Assembly (NCBI GenBank): GCA_038231455.1
Contig: JBBRLI010000003.1
Span: 128,001 to 192,000 of the forward strand
Length of the DNA: 64,000 nt
DNA from: Vulcanimicrobiales bacterium
Lineage (GTDB): Bacteria; Vulcanimicrobiota; Vulcanimicrobiia; Vulcanimicrobiales; Vulcanimicrobiaceae
Reading direction: 5' to 3'
Shown here one piece after another: positions 18,653 to 29,926 of this stretch; within the stretch, counting starts at the first letter, position 1, and every line of letters begins with the position of its first letter. The notes below the pieces were generated by a model. That model saw only the letters and a list, made by a program, of their open reading frames with translations, searched no databases and was not told the DNA's origin. Made by a program: the position numbers and the translations under genes.

Positions 18653-21600
18653 ATGGCCTCTGCCACCACGGAAAAGCCCAAGTCCCAAACAAACGGGACT
18701 CGCGCTGCTGTATCACCGCCGGAGAACGGGAAGCCGAAAAACGGCAAACCGCCGGCTGCGAAAGCCGCAGAAGCAAAATCTGGGAACGGAAAAGCGGCCG
18801 TCGGTAAACCCGCGGCCGCCAAGCCGACCGTGGTGAAGATCCCCGACTCGCCGGACTTCGCCGCGCGACAGCTGCTCGCGGCGCTGCGATCGATGGCCAA
18901 AGGCGACTTCTCGGTGCGCGTTTCGACGGCGTTGCCCGGAATCGACGCCGACATCGCGGAGGCATTCAACGATGTCGTCTCGCTCAACGCGCGCATGGTC
19001 AAAGAGTTCGAACGCATCTCCGATGTCGTGGGTATCGACGGCCGGATTAAAGAGCGCGCCGAACTGACGCAGGCGCCGGGTTCGTGGGCCGATTACATGC
19101 GCTCGCTCAACTCCCTCATCGACGATCTCACGCATCCGATCGCAGAAACGAGCCGCGTACTTGGCGCCGTCTCGCGCGGCGATCTCTCGCAACAGATGGC
19201 GCTCGAAATCGATGGTCGCGCTCTCAAAGGCGAGTTCCTACGGTCTTCCAAGACGATTAACGCCATGGTCGATCAGCTCAACGCCTTCGCGTTCGAAGTG
19301 ACGCGCGTCGCGCGCGAAGTCGGTTCGGAAGGCAAACTCGGCGGTCAAGCGCAGGTCAAGGGTGTCGCCGGTACGTGGAAAGATCTTACGGACTCGGTCA
19401 ACTCGATGGCCGGTACGCTCACAAACCAAATTCGAAACATCGCCGACGTGACGACGGCCGTTGCCAACGGCGATCTTTCGAAGAAGATCACGGTCGAGGC
19501 GCGCGGCGAGATTCTGCAGCTCAAAGACACGATCAACGTCATGGTCGATCAGCTCAACGGCTTCGCCTCCGAAGTCACGCGCGTCGCTCGTGAAGTCGGT
19601 TCCGAAGGTCGTCTCGGCGGACAAGCCGACGTTCGCGGCGTCGCCGGTACCTGGAAAGATCTTACGGACTCGGTCAACTCGATGGCCGGTAATCTGACGA
19701 GCCAAGTTCGTAACATCGCTGAAGTCACGACCGCCGTCGCCAAAGGCGATCTTACGAAGAAGATCACCGTCGATGTTCGCGGTGAGATGCTCGAACTTAA
19801 AGCCACCGTCAACGTCATGGTCGACCAATTGAACGCCTTCGCATCGGAGGTTACGCGCGTCGCTCGTGAAGTCGGTTCCGAAGGAAAGCTCGGCGGCCAG
19901 GCGCGCGTTGAAGGCGTCGCCGGAACGTGGAAGGATCTCACCGACAACGTCAACTCGATGGCCGGTAATCTGACGAACCAGGTTCGTAACATCGCCGAAG
20001 TCACGACGGCCGTTGCCAAAGGCGATCTTAGTAAGAAGATCACGGTCGACGTTCGCGGCGAAATGCTCGAACTCAAAGGCACCGTCAACGTCATGGTCGA
20101 CCAGCTGAACGCCTTCGCATCGGAGGTCACGCGCGTCGCTCGTGAAGTCGGTACGGAAGGTCGACTCGGCGGTCAGGCGCAGGTCGAAGGCGTCGCCGGT
20201 ACGTGGAAAGATCTTACGGACTCGGTCAACTCGATGGCCGGTAACCTCACCAACCAAGTGCGAAACATCGCTGAAGTTACGACGGCCGTTGCCAACGGCG
20301 ATCTTTCAAAGAAGATCACGGTGTCCGTTCGCGGCGAAATGGCAGAGCTCAAAGGCACGATCAACACGATGGTCGATCAGCTCAACGGTTTCGCATCGGA
20401 GGTCACGCGCGTCGCGCGCGAAGTGGGTTCCGAAGGCAAACTCGGCGGCCAAGCGCAGGTGCAAGGCGTCGCCGGAACGTGGAAAGATCTCACGGACTCG
20501 GTCAACTCGATGGCCGGTAATCTCACGGACCAAGTCCGAAACATCGCTGCCGTTACCACCGCCGTCGCTCGAGGCGATCTTTCAAAGAAGATCACCGTCG
20601 ACGTGCGCGGCGAAATGGCCGAGCTCAAGTCGACCGTCAACGTCATGGTCGATTAGCTGAACGGTTTCGCATCGGAAGTCACGCGCGTCGCTCGCGAGGT
20701 GGGTTCGGATGGAAAACTTGGCGGTCAAGCCCAGGTGCTCGGCGTGGCCGGTACGTGGAAAGATCTCACGGACTCGGTCAACTCGATGGCCGGTAACCTT
20801 ACGAACCAGGTTCGTAACATCGCCGAAGTCACGACGGCCGTTGCCAACGGCGATCTTTCAAAGAAGATTACCGTCGACGTTCGCGGTGAGATGGCCGAAC
20901 TCAAGAACACCGTTAACACGATGGTCGATCAGTTGAACGCCTTTGCATCCGAAGTGACGCGAGTTGCGCGCGAAGTCGGTTCGGACGGAAAACTCGGCGG
21001 TCAGGCCCAGGTGCAAGGCGTCGCCGGCACGTGGAAAGATCTCACGGATAACGTGAACTTCATGGCCTCGAATCTCACCTCTCAGGTACGAAACGTCGCC
21101 GACGTTACGACCGCCGTTGCGAAGGGCGATCTGAGTAAAAAGATTACCGTCGACGTTAAAGGCGAGATGCTCGAACTCAAGGGCACGATCAACACGATGG
21201 TCGATCAGCTCTCCGCCTTCGCATCAGAAGTCACCCGCGTCGCGCGCGAAGTCGGCACGGAAGGCAAACTCGGCGGTCAGGCTCGCGTCGAAGGCGTCGC
21301 CGGTACGTGGAAAGATCTTACGGACTCGGTCAACTCGATGGCCGGTAACCTCACCGCTCAGGTGCGTAACATCGCAGAAGTCACGACCGCCGTTGCGAAG
21401 GGCGACTTGAGTAAGAAGATCACCGTTGACGTTCGCGGCGAAATGCTCGAACTCAAAGGCACGGTCAACGTCATGGTCGACCAGCTGAACGCCTTCGCAT
21501 CGGAGGTCACGCGCGTCGCTCGTGAAGTGGGTTCCGAAGGTATCCTCGGCGGTCAAGCCCAGGTGCAAGGCGTCGGCGGCACGTGGAAAGATCTCACCGA

Positions 21601-24600
21601 CAACGTTAACTCGATGGCCTCGAACCTGACCAACCAAGTGCGAAACATCGCGAAGGTGACGACGGCCGTTGCCAACGGCGATCTTTCAAAGAAAATCACC
21701 GTTGACGTTCGCGGCGAAATGCTCGAACTCAAAGACACGATCAACGTCATGGTCGATCAACTCAACGCCTTCGCATCGGAAGTCACGCGCGTCGCCCGAG
21801 AAGTCGGTTCCGAAGGAAAGCTCGGCGGTCAGGCCGTCGTGCTCGGTGTCGGCGGCACGTGGAAAGATCTCACGGACTCCGTGAACTCGATGGCCGGTAA
21901 TTTGACGAACCAAGTGCGCGGTATCGCGAAGGTCGTCACGGGTGTCGCCAACGGCGATCTCAAGCGCAAACTCACGCTCGATGCCAAAGGCGAAATCGCC
22001 GAACTTGCGGACACGATCAACGGGATGATCGATACGCTCGCAACGTTCGCCGATCAGGTGACGAACGTCGCCAAGGACGTCGGCTTCGAAGGCAAACTCG
22101 GCGGTCAGGCCGAGGTCCCCGGTGCTGCCGGCCTGTGGCGCGACCTTACGGACTCGGTCAACCAGCTCGCCGCGCAGCTCACCTCGCAGATTCGCGCGAT
22201 CGGTGAAGTTGCAACGGCCGTTACCAAGGGCGACCTTTCGCGAACGATCGAAGTCGGCGCGCAAGGCGAGGTCGCACAGCTCACCGAGAACGTCAACGAA
22301 ATGATCCGGAACTTGCGCGACACGACGCGTAAGAATCAGGAACAGGACTGGCTGAAGACCAACCTCGCGCGCTTCACCGGTATGCTCCAGGGTCAAAAAG
22401 ATATCAAGACCGTTGCGAAGCTCATCATGTCGGAGCTCGCACCGCTCGTCTCGGCGCATACCGGCGTCTTCTATCTCAACGAGCCGGTCGATGAGACGCC
22501 GCTGCTCAAACTGCTAGCGGGTTACGCGTTCAACCGCCGCAAGAACATCACATCGCAGTTCGGTCTTGGCGAAGGGCTCGTCGGCCAGTGTGTTTTCGAA
22601 AAAGAACGCATCCTCGTCACCAACGCCCCCGCCGACTACATTGAAATCAGCTCGGGTCTAGGCTCGTCGTCACCGTTTAACATCATCGTGCTGCCGGTGC
22701 TTTTCGAGGGCGACGTCAAAGCCGTCATCGAGCTTGCCAGCTTTGAGAAATTCAGCGAAATCCACTTACTCTTCTTGGATCAGCTGACAGAATCGATCGG
22801 TATCGTTCTCAATACGATCGCCGCCAACATGCGCACGGAAGAACTGCTCAAACAGTCGCAGTCGCTCACCTCGGAACTCCAGAGCCAGCAGCTCGAACTC
22901 CAGCAGACCAACGAAGAGCTGGAAGAAAAAGCCCGCCTGCTCTCGGAGCAAAACGAAGAGGTCGAACGACGCACGCGCGAGATCGACGAAGCCCGTCGCG
23001 CGCTCGAACAAAAGGCCGAGCAACTCGCTCTCACCTCGAAATACAAATCCCAGTTCCTCGCGAACATGTCGCACGAGTTACGCACACCGCTCAACTCGCT
23101 GCTACTGCTCTCAAAGCAACTCGCGGACAACAAAGAGAACAACCTCACGAGCAAACAAGTCGAGTTCGCCTCGACGATCCGCCGCTCGGGTACGGATCTG
23201 CTCACCCTCATCAACGATATTCTCGACCTCTCGAAGATCGAATCGGGAACGACGTCGGTGGACTTCGCCGAACAGCGCATCCACGACATTGCCGATGACG
23301 TGGAACGCACGTTCCGCTCGCTCTCGCTCGAACGGGGTCTTGCCTTCGGGATCTCCGTCGATGACAACGTCCCGCCGGCGATCGAAACGGACTCCACGCG
23401 CCTCATGCAGATCATTAAAAATCTGCTCTCGAACGCGTTCAAGTTCACGCAAGAAGGCCACGTCGAGTTGCGTATTAGCCAAATCGACCGGACCGACACG
23501 ATGGGGAACACGGGACCGTTTGTTGCCTTCTCGGTCTCGGATACCGGCATCGGCATTCCGACGGACAAGCACAACGTGATCTTCGAGGCCTTCCAACAAG
23601 CCGACATGAGCACGGCCCGCAAATACGGCGGGACGGGCCTCGGCCTTGCGATTTCGCGTGAAATCGCCGGCTTGCTCGGCGGCGATATGACCGTTGAGAG
23701 CGAACCGGGCGTCGGCTCGACGTTTACGTTCTTCCATCCGCTTGGCGCACGCAAAGAACGTACGAACGACAACGCGATCATGCTCCCGCCGAAGCCCGCC
23801 AAGGCCGGCGGAGCTGACGCGCCGTTCCGTGCACTCCCGCCGCGACCCGTGGTGGAACGTGCGGCGCAGATCGCGAACGCACGCGCCGGCGAAATCGAAG
23901 TCGACGACGATCGCAATGCGATCAAGCCGACGGACCGCACCGTCCTCATCATTGAAGACGACGCCACGTTCGCGCGGATTCTGCTCGGACTCGCACGCGA
24001 TCGCGGCTTCAAAGGCATCACCGCACACACCGGGGCCGACGGTATCGCGCTTGCACGTGCCTACATGCCCGATGCCATCACGCTGGATATTCGTTTGCCC
24101 GATATCGACGGCTGGCAGCTGCTTGACGCCATCAAAAAAGACCCGACCACGCGCAACATCGCGGTACACGTGATCTCGGGCGAAGAACAGTGGCAGCGCG
24201 CGCTCGACTCGGGCGCGGTCGCGCACTTGAAGAAACCCGCAAGCGAAGATGCGCTGACGGAGGCCTTCGACAACCTGCTCGGTTTCGCGGATAACACGAC
24301 GCGCAATCTGCTTGTCATCGAAGACGACGTCACGCAACTCTCAGCGATGGCCAATCTCGTCTCATCGGGCGAAGTCACCGTCACGGCGGTGAGCACCGGC
24401 AGCGAGGCGCTCGCAGCGCTCGATCGCGGTCGTTTCGACTGCGTCGTCGTTGACCTTGGTTTGCCCGATATCGACGGCATCCAACTCATCGAGCAGATCA
24501 AAGCACATCCGGCGCACGTGCGCGTCCCCGTCATCGTCTATACGGGCCGGGAACTCGACGAACAACAGGAGTCCGCCCTGCGGCGCCTGAGTCAATCGAT

Positions 24601-25099
24601 CATCATCAAAGACGCGATGTCACCCGAACGCCTGATCGATGAGACGAGTTACTTCCTCAACCAAGTCGAGGCGCGACTGCCGAAACGTCCACAAGCCCAG
24701 ATCGGAACGGCAGCGAGCCTCGAGGGGAAGATGGTGATCATTGTCGACGATGACGTACGTAACATCTACGCACTCAAATCGGCACTCGAAGAATTCCGCA
24801 TGAACGTTCTCACCGCGGAGAGCGGAATGGAGTGCATCGAAACGCTGCGCGGGCGCACGGACGTCGACGTCGTTTTGATGGACATCATGATGCCGGAGAT
24901 GGACGGCTACGAGACGATCCGTCGTATCCGAGCCGACAATCAGTGGGTTGCGCTCCCGATCATCGCCCTCACCGCAAAAGCGATGAAAGGCGACCGCGAG
25001 AGCTGCCTTGCTGCCGGTGCATCGGAGTACATCAGTAAACCGGTCGATGTGGATCAGCTCGTTTCGCTGATCCGTGTCTGGCTTGATGTGACCGTGTGA
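18653..25099 (+). pseudogene. Poly-HAMP hybrid histidine kinase (HAMP array-GAF-HisKA-HATPase-3xREC) interrupted by an in-frame TAG at 20654-20656
   Basis: ORFs 18653-20656 and 20699-25099 are in the same frame; 92-aa repeats continue across the [20 protein letters not shown]; three receiver domains. Confidence 0.85.
19000..22320 (+). repeat. 276-bp (92-aa) tandem HAMP repeat array, about 12 units
   Basis: W(K/R)DLTD motif occurs 11 times at 276-bp period, plus one degenerate first copy (WADYMR); boundaries approximate. Confidence 0.9.
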
Positions 25100-25938
25100 T
25101 CGAGGCCCGCCCGACCGCACCCGCGATTGCCGAAATCGAGCTTCAATTGATGCTCGAAGCGGTGTACCGCGTGGCGGGTTACGACTTCCGCGAATACGCT
25201 CCTGGCACGCTCAAGCGGCGTGTTGCGGAGCGCGTGCGCGCTGAAGGCGTGAACACGTTCTCCGGACTCCAGGAGCGGCTGCTTCACGATCCGGAGGCGC
25301 TTGGCCGGTTTGTGTACGCGATGAGCGTCACGACCCCGGATGGGCTCTTTCGTGACCCCAATTTCTTCCTTACGTTCCGCGGCGACGTCATCCCGATGTT
25401 ACGCACGTTTCCGTTCTTGCGGATCTGGTGCGCGAATGCGGGTGCCGGCGATGACGCATACGCGCTTGCGATCATTTTGCGCGAGGAAGGCCTCGCACAC
25501 CGTTCGCGCATTTACGCCACCGACGCAAGCGAGATGGCGATCGACCAAGCCAAGGCGGGTCGCTTCCCCGCCGACCTCATTGAAGAATACGAATCGCGCT
25601 ATCGTGAAACGGGCGGGACCGGAGACTTCTCGCGCTACTATGCACGCGACGGCGTATGGGCGACGTTCGATCCGACTCTGCGTCAGACGATTCTTTTTGC
25701 CCAGCACAACCTCGCGACGGACGCATCGTTTAATGAATTCCACGCGATCCTCGCGCGCAACGTGCTCGGTCATTTCTCGAAGTCGCTCTCGTATCGCGTC
25801 CACCAAATATTGCTTGAGAGCTTGGTGCGTCTGGGGTATCTGGGTCTTGGCGCAAACGAATCGCTGCGCTATACGCCACACCAGCGGTGCTACGAAGAAG
25901 TGACCGAAAACGGAAAGATTTACCGCCGCATCCGCTAA
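25096..25938 (+). CDS. cheR: CheR-family protein-glutamate methyltransferase (divergent)
   Basis: [34 protein letters not shown] overlap with kinase stop. Confidence 0.85.
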   Translation: MIEARPTAPAIAEIELQLMLEAVYRVAGYDFREYAPGTLKRRVAERVRAEGVNTFSGLQERLLHDPEALGRFVYAMSVTTPDGLFRDPNFFLTFRGDVIPMLRTFPFLRIWCANAGAGDDAYALAIILREEGLAHRSRIYATDASEMAIDQAKAGRFPADLIEEYESRYRETGGTGDFSRYYARDGVWATFDPTLRQTILFAQHNLATDASFNEFHAILARNVLGHFSKSLSYRVHQILLESLVRLGYLGLGANESLRYTPHQRCYEEVTENGKIYRRIR

Positions 25939-25947
25939 GACGTCATC

Positions 25948-26868
25948 GTGCGTTCTCGGTTGCCCCGGGTCTCCTCGAAATTGCTGACGACGATGTCGAC
26001 TCCGCCGCCTTCTGCGGTGGTCTCGCCCGCCGCCAAACGCGCGAACGGCATCGCCTCGGAGCCGACGATCGGTTCCGCTGCAGCGCCTCCGAAAACGATG
26101 CGCGAGGTCCTTGGCAGAGCGTATATGCTGCGCGGATCGATCGCCTGGACGCATGCTGCGAGTGAAATGTTGGGGATCGCCGAGCGCAGCGAGCCAAGCG
26201 GCATCGACGTTCGCGAAGTCATCGAATTGACTGCCGTCGTTCCGAATGGCTCGGGGACGACGACGGTCGGTGCCTTCGCGCCGGTGTCCGACTTTGCATC
26301 GGTGCTCGCGAACGGCTCGATCGCTACGGAGTCGCTTGCGGCAATTCGCTTGCGGCTCGCGCTTAGCGGCGCACGTTTGCGGGTTGTGCGCGACGGCGTG
26401 CTCGCAACGATTGCGCTCGATGCATACAAATCTGACTCACCGTTGCTACCGGTGTCGCTTGAAATCCCGTCGCCTACGCGCGGGATGGGCATCGCCGAAC
26501 GTCGCCGCGCGACGACCGACGGCACGGCATCGTACGAGCTTTCGGTCATGACCTCGCTTCGAATCTCGCAGCTTCATCGTTTCGAGGACGTCCGAATCTT
26601 CGTCTCGCTCGATGGCATCGTCCAGCGTGCCACCGAAGCGGAAGCCGTACTCGATTCACAGCGATTCGGGCTCGGCGCCCTCGTCGAGGCGGCGCGCGTA
26701 AGCGCACATGCAATCGAATCGATCGATGCGCGCACATCCGCCGCTGCGCGAGCGGTCGCGCCGCTGGTTCTTGCCGCGCTTCGAGAATCCGTTGCCATTG
26801 CAAAACCGAAAGAAGAAGAACCCCGACGACGAGCCTTGGGAAAGCCAAGAAAAAACAAGAAGTCGTAA
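25948..26868 (+). CDS. Hypothetical protein (start uncertain, possibly ATG 25993)
   Basis: Long ORF filling the gap after cheR, co-directional, host-like codon usage; no motif recognised. Confidence 0.6.
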   Translation: MRSRLPRVSSKLLTTMSTPPPSAVVSPAAKRANGIASEPTIGSAAAPPKTMREVLGRAYMLRGSIAWTHAASEMLGIAERSEPSGIDVREVIELTAVVPNGSGTTTVGAFAPVSDFASVLANGSIATESLAAIRLRLALSGARLRVVRDGVLATIALDAYKSDSPLLPVSLEIPSPTRGMGIAERRRATTDGTASYELSVMTSLRISQLHRFEDVRIFVSLDGIVQRATEAEAVLDSQRFGLGALVEAARVSAHAIESIDARTSAAARAVAPLVLAALRESVAIAKPKEEEPRRRALGKPRKNKKS

Positions 26869-26870
26869 CC

Positions 26871-27986
26871 ATGCGTTTCGCCGGTCTGCTCGCTCTTTTG
26901 TTCCTTCTCGCCTCTTACGAAAGAGCCAATGCCGCGACGCTTCGAATCTTGACGCTACCCTCGAACGCAACGATCGATTTATACTCCGAGCAACGTGCCG
27001 TGAGCGTGAATGCACGAGGTGACGTGGTTGTAAATGTCGTGACGGATCGCGGGTCGAGAATCGTTGCTTGGGATCGAATCGGTAATCGTCGATTGCTCGA
27101 TCCTCCAATCGAAAACGTCCCTGGCGAACCTCGGGTTGACGTAAAGCGCGCCGAGACTGCTTGGGGCGTCATGGCAACCGATGGCCGGGTCTTCGGCGTG
27201 GAAACCTACCCGTTTGAGGGTGCATACATTGGGACCGTGGTCAGGCCATACATTTGGGATCGTGCAAAAAAGCAGATCTTTCAACGCGCACGCTGCGGGG
27301 GTGTCGGTGGTTTTCTGTTTCCCACGGCTAATTCGAGTGACGATCGGATCGCGATGTCGACGCGATCGGTCGATCCCGTGTCCTCGAGAACGTTTGACGA
27401 TGCAACACCGCCCGCGGCATTTATTATTCAAGGCGAGCGGTGCGACGCTCTGGAGATCGGTTGGATCAATTCAATCGCTGGCGTTTATGCATCCGGCTAT
27501 CGTACCTATGAAGGGTCGACGATCGTGTCGGTGCATCCGAACGCGAATCATGCCTTTACGTTTCGAGCAGTTCGCTGGAACGGCAAACGCGCATTGGAAC
27601 TGGGGGCTGGGATTTCTTTTGGCGTGAATGCCCATGGTGATTGCGTGGGAGCAAGTCGTTTGCTTGAGATCGGCGCAGCTTTGCCCGTTCGAGCGATCGT
27701 TTGGCACGGATCTCGCGCGACTACGCTAGCGACGAAATCCCGTAATTCCGTCGCCTATGCGATTAACGAAACGGGCAGGACAATCGTCGGATCGGTGTGG
27801 GACGATCGCGCCCGACACGCCGTTCGATGGCGAAATGGGCGTGAGGAGCGGCTGGAATCGTTCCTGCACGCTCAGGATCCTCCGCAGCTCGAAGTTGCAT
27901 ACGGAATCACGCCCGACGGCTGGATTTACGGAATTGGGCGAAGGCACGGCAGTACGGTTATCTTTTTTTTGAGCGTTTCGAGATAG
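26871..27986 (+). CDS. Secreted protein with HAF-like extracellular beta repeats
   Basis: Signal peptide; repeated AVRW/AIVW...A(Y/F)GIN..G.IVG units; less GC-biased codons. Confidence 0.6.
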   Translation: MRFAGLLALLFLLASYERANAATLRILTLPSNATIDLYSEQRAVSVNARGDVVVNVVTDRGSRIVAWDRIGNRRLLDPPIENVPGEPRVDVKRAETAWGVMATDGRVFGVETYPFEGAYIGTVVRPYIWDRAKKQIFQRARCGGVGGFLFPTANSSDDRIAMSTRSVDPVSSRTFDDATPPAAFIIQGERCDALEIGWINSIAGVYASGYRTYEGSTIVSVHPNANHAFTFRAVRWNGKRALELGAGISFGVNAHGDCVGASRLLEIGAALPVRAIVWHGSRATTLATKSRNSVAYAINETGRTIVGSVWDDRARHAVRWRNGREERLESFLHAQDPPQLEVAYGITPDGWIYGIGRRHGSTVIFFLSVSR

Positions 27987-27987
27987 C

Positions 27988-28557
27988 GTGAACGCCTATG
28001 ACATCGCCGGTTTCATCACCGGCGCCATCAACGTTTGGCTTGTCGTCCGCAACAATCCATGGAACTGGCCATGGGGCATCGTCAATGCCGCGATCTTCCT
28101 CACATCTTTTTGGCTCTCCGGGCTCTTTGCCGATTCGGCGCTCCAGGTCGTCTACATCGTTCTTGGCGCGTACGGATGGTGGGCTTGGCTGCGCGGGGGA
28201 AACGCCGCAACCGCGCTGCCAATTACGCGTGCTAGTGCGCGCGTGATCGAACTCTCGCTCGTCGTCGTCGCAGTGATGACCGCCGTCTTTGCTACCGTTC
28301 TCGCGCACGCGCTCGGATCGACCGTCCCGTTCTTCGACGGAATTACGACCGCGCTCTCGCTTGTCGCGCAAGTGCTGCTCACTCGCCGCATGATCGAAAA
28401 CTGGTATTTCTGGATCGTAGCCGACTGCATATATGTACCGCTCTATTTCACGAAAGGTCTGCCGCTCACCAGCGCGCTCTACGCGATTTTTCTCGTCATG
28501 TGCATCGTGGGCGTCGTTCAATGGCAGCGCGAACTGCGAGCGACTGCCCTTTCATGA
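27988..28557 (+). CDS. pnuC: Nicotinamide riboside transporter
   Basis: WNWPWGI, DGITTALSLVAQ, ENWYFWI; adjacent to nadR. Confidence 0.9.
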   Translation: MNAYDIAGFITGAINVWLVVRNNPWNWPWGIVNAAIFLTSFWLSGLFADSALQVVYIVLGAYGWWAWLRGGNAATALPITRASARVIELSLVVVAVMTAVFATVLAHALGSTVPFFDGITTALSLVAQVLLTRRMIENWYFWIVADCIYVPLYFTKGLPLTSALYAIFLVMCIVGVVQWQRELRATALS

Positions 28558-29555
28558 GGCGCGGCCTCGTCTTCGGAAAATTCCATCCGCCGCATCGTGG
28601 CCACAAGTACCTCATCGATGAAGCGGCCGCCCGTTGCGATACGCTCACCGTCTTGCTCATGGCCTCCGAACGTGAATCAATTCCGTGCGACCTCCGGCTC
28701 GCATGGCTGCGCGAAATGCATCCGCGTACGGACATCCGGCTCGTGCCCGATGAGATGCCGACTGCGTGGTCGCTCGAACGCGAAGATCTTTGGGAAGCAT
28801 TTTCGACGCTCGTACGCAGCGCTCACCCGGAGCCGATCGATCGGCTCTTCACCTCCGAATGGTATGGAGAACGGACGGCGCAGGCTCTACACTGTGAGCA
28901 TGTGGCGATCGATCCGATGCGCCGGACGTTCTCGGTCAGCTCATCACTCGTGCGCGCGAATCCGACCACCTACCTCGATCTGCTGGCGCCCAGCGTTCGC
29001 GCCTGGATCGTTCCGCGCATCGTGATTGTTGGCGCTGAATCCACAGGAAAAACGACGCTCGCTCAAGCACTAACCGCGCATTTTTCCACCGTGTGGGTGT
29101 CAGAATTTGGCCGCGAGTACACGCGCTGGGTCGGCCAAACCCAGACGATCCCATACCGGTGGACGAACGAAGATTTCGTGGTCATTGCCGCCGAACAGCA
29201 AGCGCGCGAAGATACGGCTGCTCGGGCAGCGGCTCCCGTTTTGATCTGCGATACTGATGCATTCGCGACGGATCTTTGGCGGAGACGTTATCTTGACGTT
29301 CGCGACGGTGTTGTGCCGCACGATCTTCCCGGTCGCCGGTTCTATTTGCTCACGCGGAACGACGTGCCGTTCGTGCAGGATGGGAGCCGCGACGGAGAGC
29401 ATCGTCGCACGGAGATGACCGCCTGGTTTGCATCCGCGTTCGCGGTGTCAAACACAGACGTAAATATCGTCGAAGGCCCGTACGAAGGCCGACTGGCGCA
29501 AGCGATCACCGCCGTCGAGCGCGCCCGTAGCGCTGTCATTCCGCTCGAACGCTGA
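28554..29555 (+). CDS. nadR: NadR-type NMN adenylyltransferase/ribosylnicotinamide kinase (no HTH)
   Basis: GKFHPPHRGH; GAESTGKTT; EFGREY; ICDTD; VQDG. Confidence 0.85.
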   Translation: MRRGLVFGKFHPPHRGHKYLIDEAAARCDTLTVLLMASERESIPCDLRLAWLREMHPRTDIRLVPDEMPTAWSLEREDLWEAFSTLVRSAHPEPIDRLFTSEWYGERTAQALHCEHVAIDPMRRTFSVSSSLVRANPTTYLDLLAPSVRAWIVPRIVIVGAESTGKTTLAQALTAHFSTVWVSEFGREYTRWVGQTQTIPYRWTNEDFVVIAAEQQAREDTAARAAAPVLICDTDAFATDLWRRRYLDVRDGVVPHDLPGRRFYLLTRNDVPFVQDGSRDGEHRRTEMTAWFASAFAVSNTDVNIVEGPYEGRLAQAITAVERARSAVIPLER

Positions 29556-29593
29556 GTCGCTTCGCGTCGTCGAGATCGCGTGCGAATTCGGTG

Positions 29594-29851
29594 TTAAATC
29601 TGCTCGACGCTCGTAATCTCATCGCAAGCATCGCAGACCACGGTCTCGATCATGCCTTTGAGCGTCATCGTTGAGGCGGGACAGCCCCCGCATGCACCGA
29701 GCATCTGGACGTAGGCAACGCCGTTCTCGGCTTTGACGAACCAGACTTCACCGCCGTCCGATGCGATCATCGGGCGGACGCGGTCGAGCGCTTTTTCGAT
29801 CCGTGCGCGTAAGTCGGCGTCTTCGATGGTAGCGGGTTGTTCTATCGCCAT
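29594..29851 (-). CDS. NifU/NfuA C-terminal domain Fe-S carrier
   Basis: VRPMIASDGG...GACGGCP...TLK. Confidence 0.9.
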   Translation of the reverse strand: MAIEQPATIEDADLRARIEKALDRVRPMIASDGGEVWFVKAENGVAYVQMLGACGGCPASTMTLKGMIETVVCDACDEITSVEQI

Positions 29852-29926
29852 TGCAGTTTCTTCCGACCGGTCGCGGGTGGTGAAGGTTTCGCCGTACTGG
29901 CGCTTAGGCGAAGGCGCATCACACGC

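Noticed and set aside
19000-22320. CRISPR array or DGR template/variable repeats
   Set aside because: The repeats are contiguous 276-bp coding units without spacers; there are no cas or reverse transcriptase genes and no adenine-specific variation.
27963-27970. T8 tract as a phase-variation site
   Set aside because: Short, and within the last few codons, so slippage would barely change the protein.
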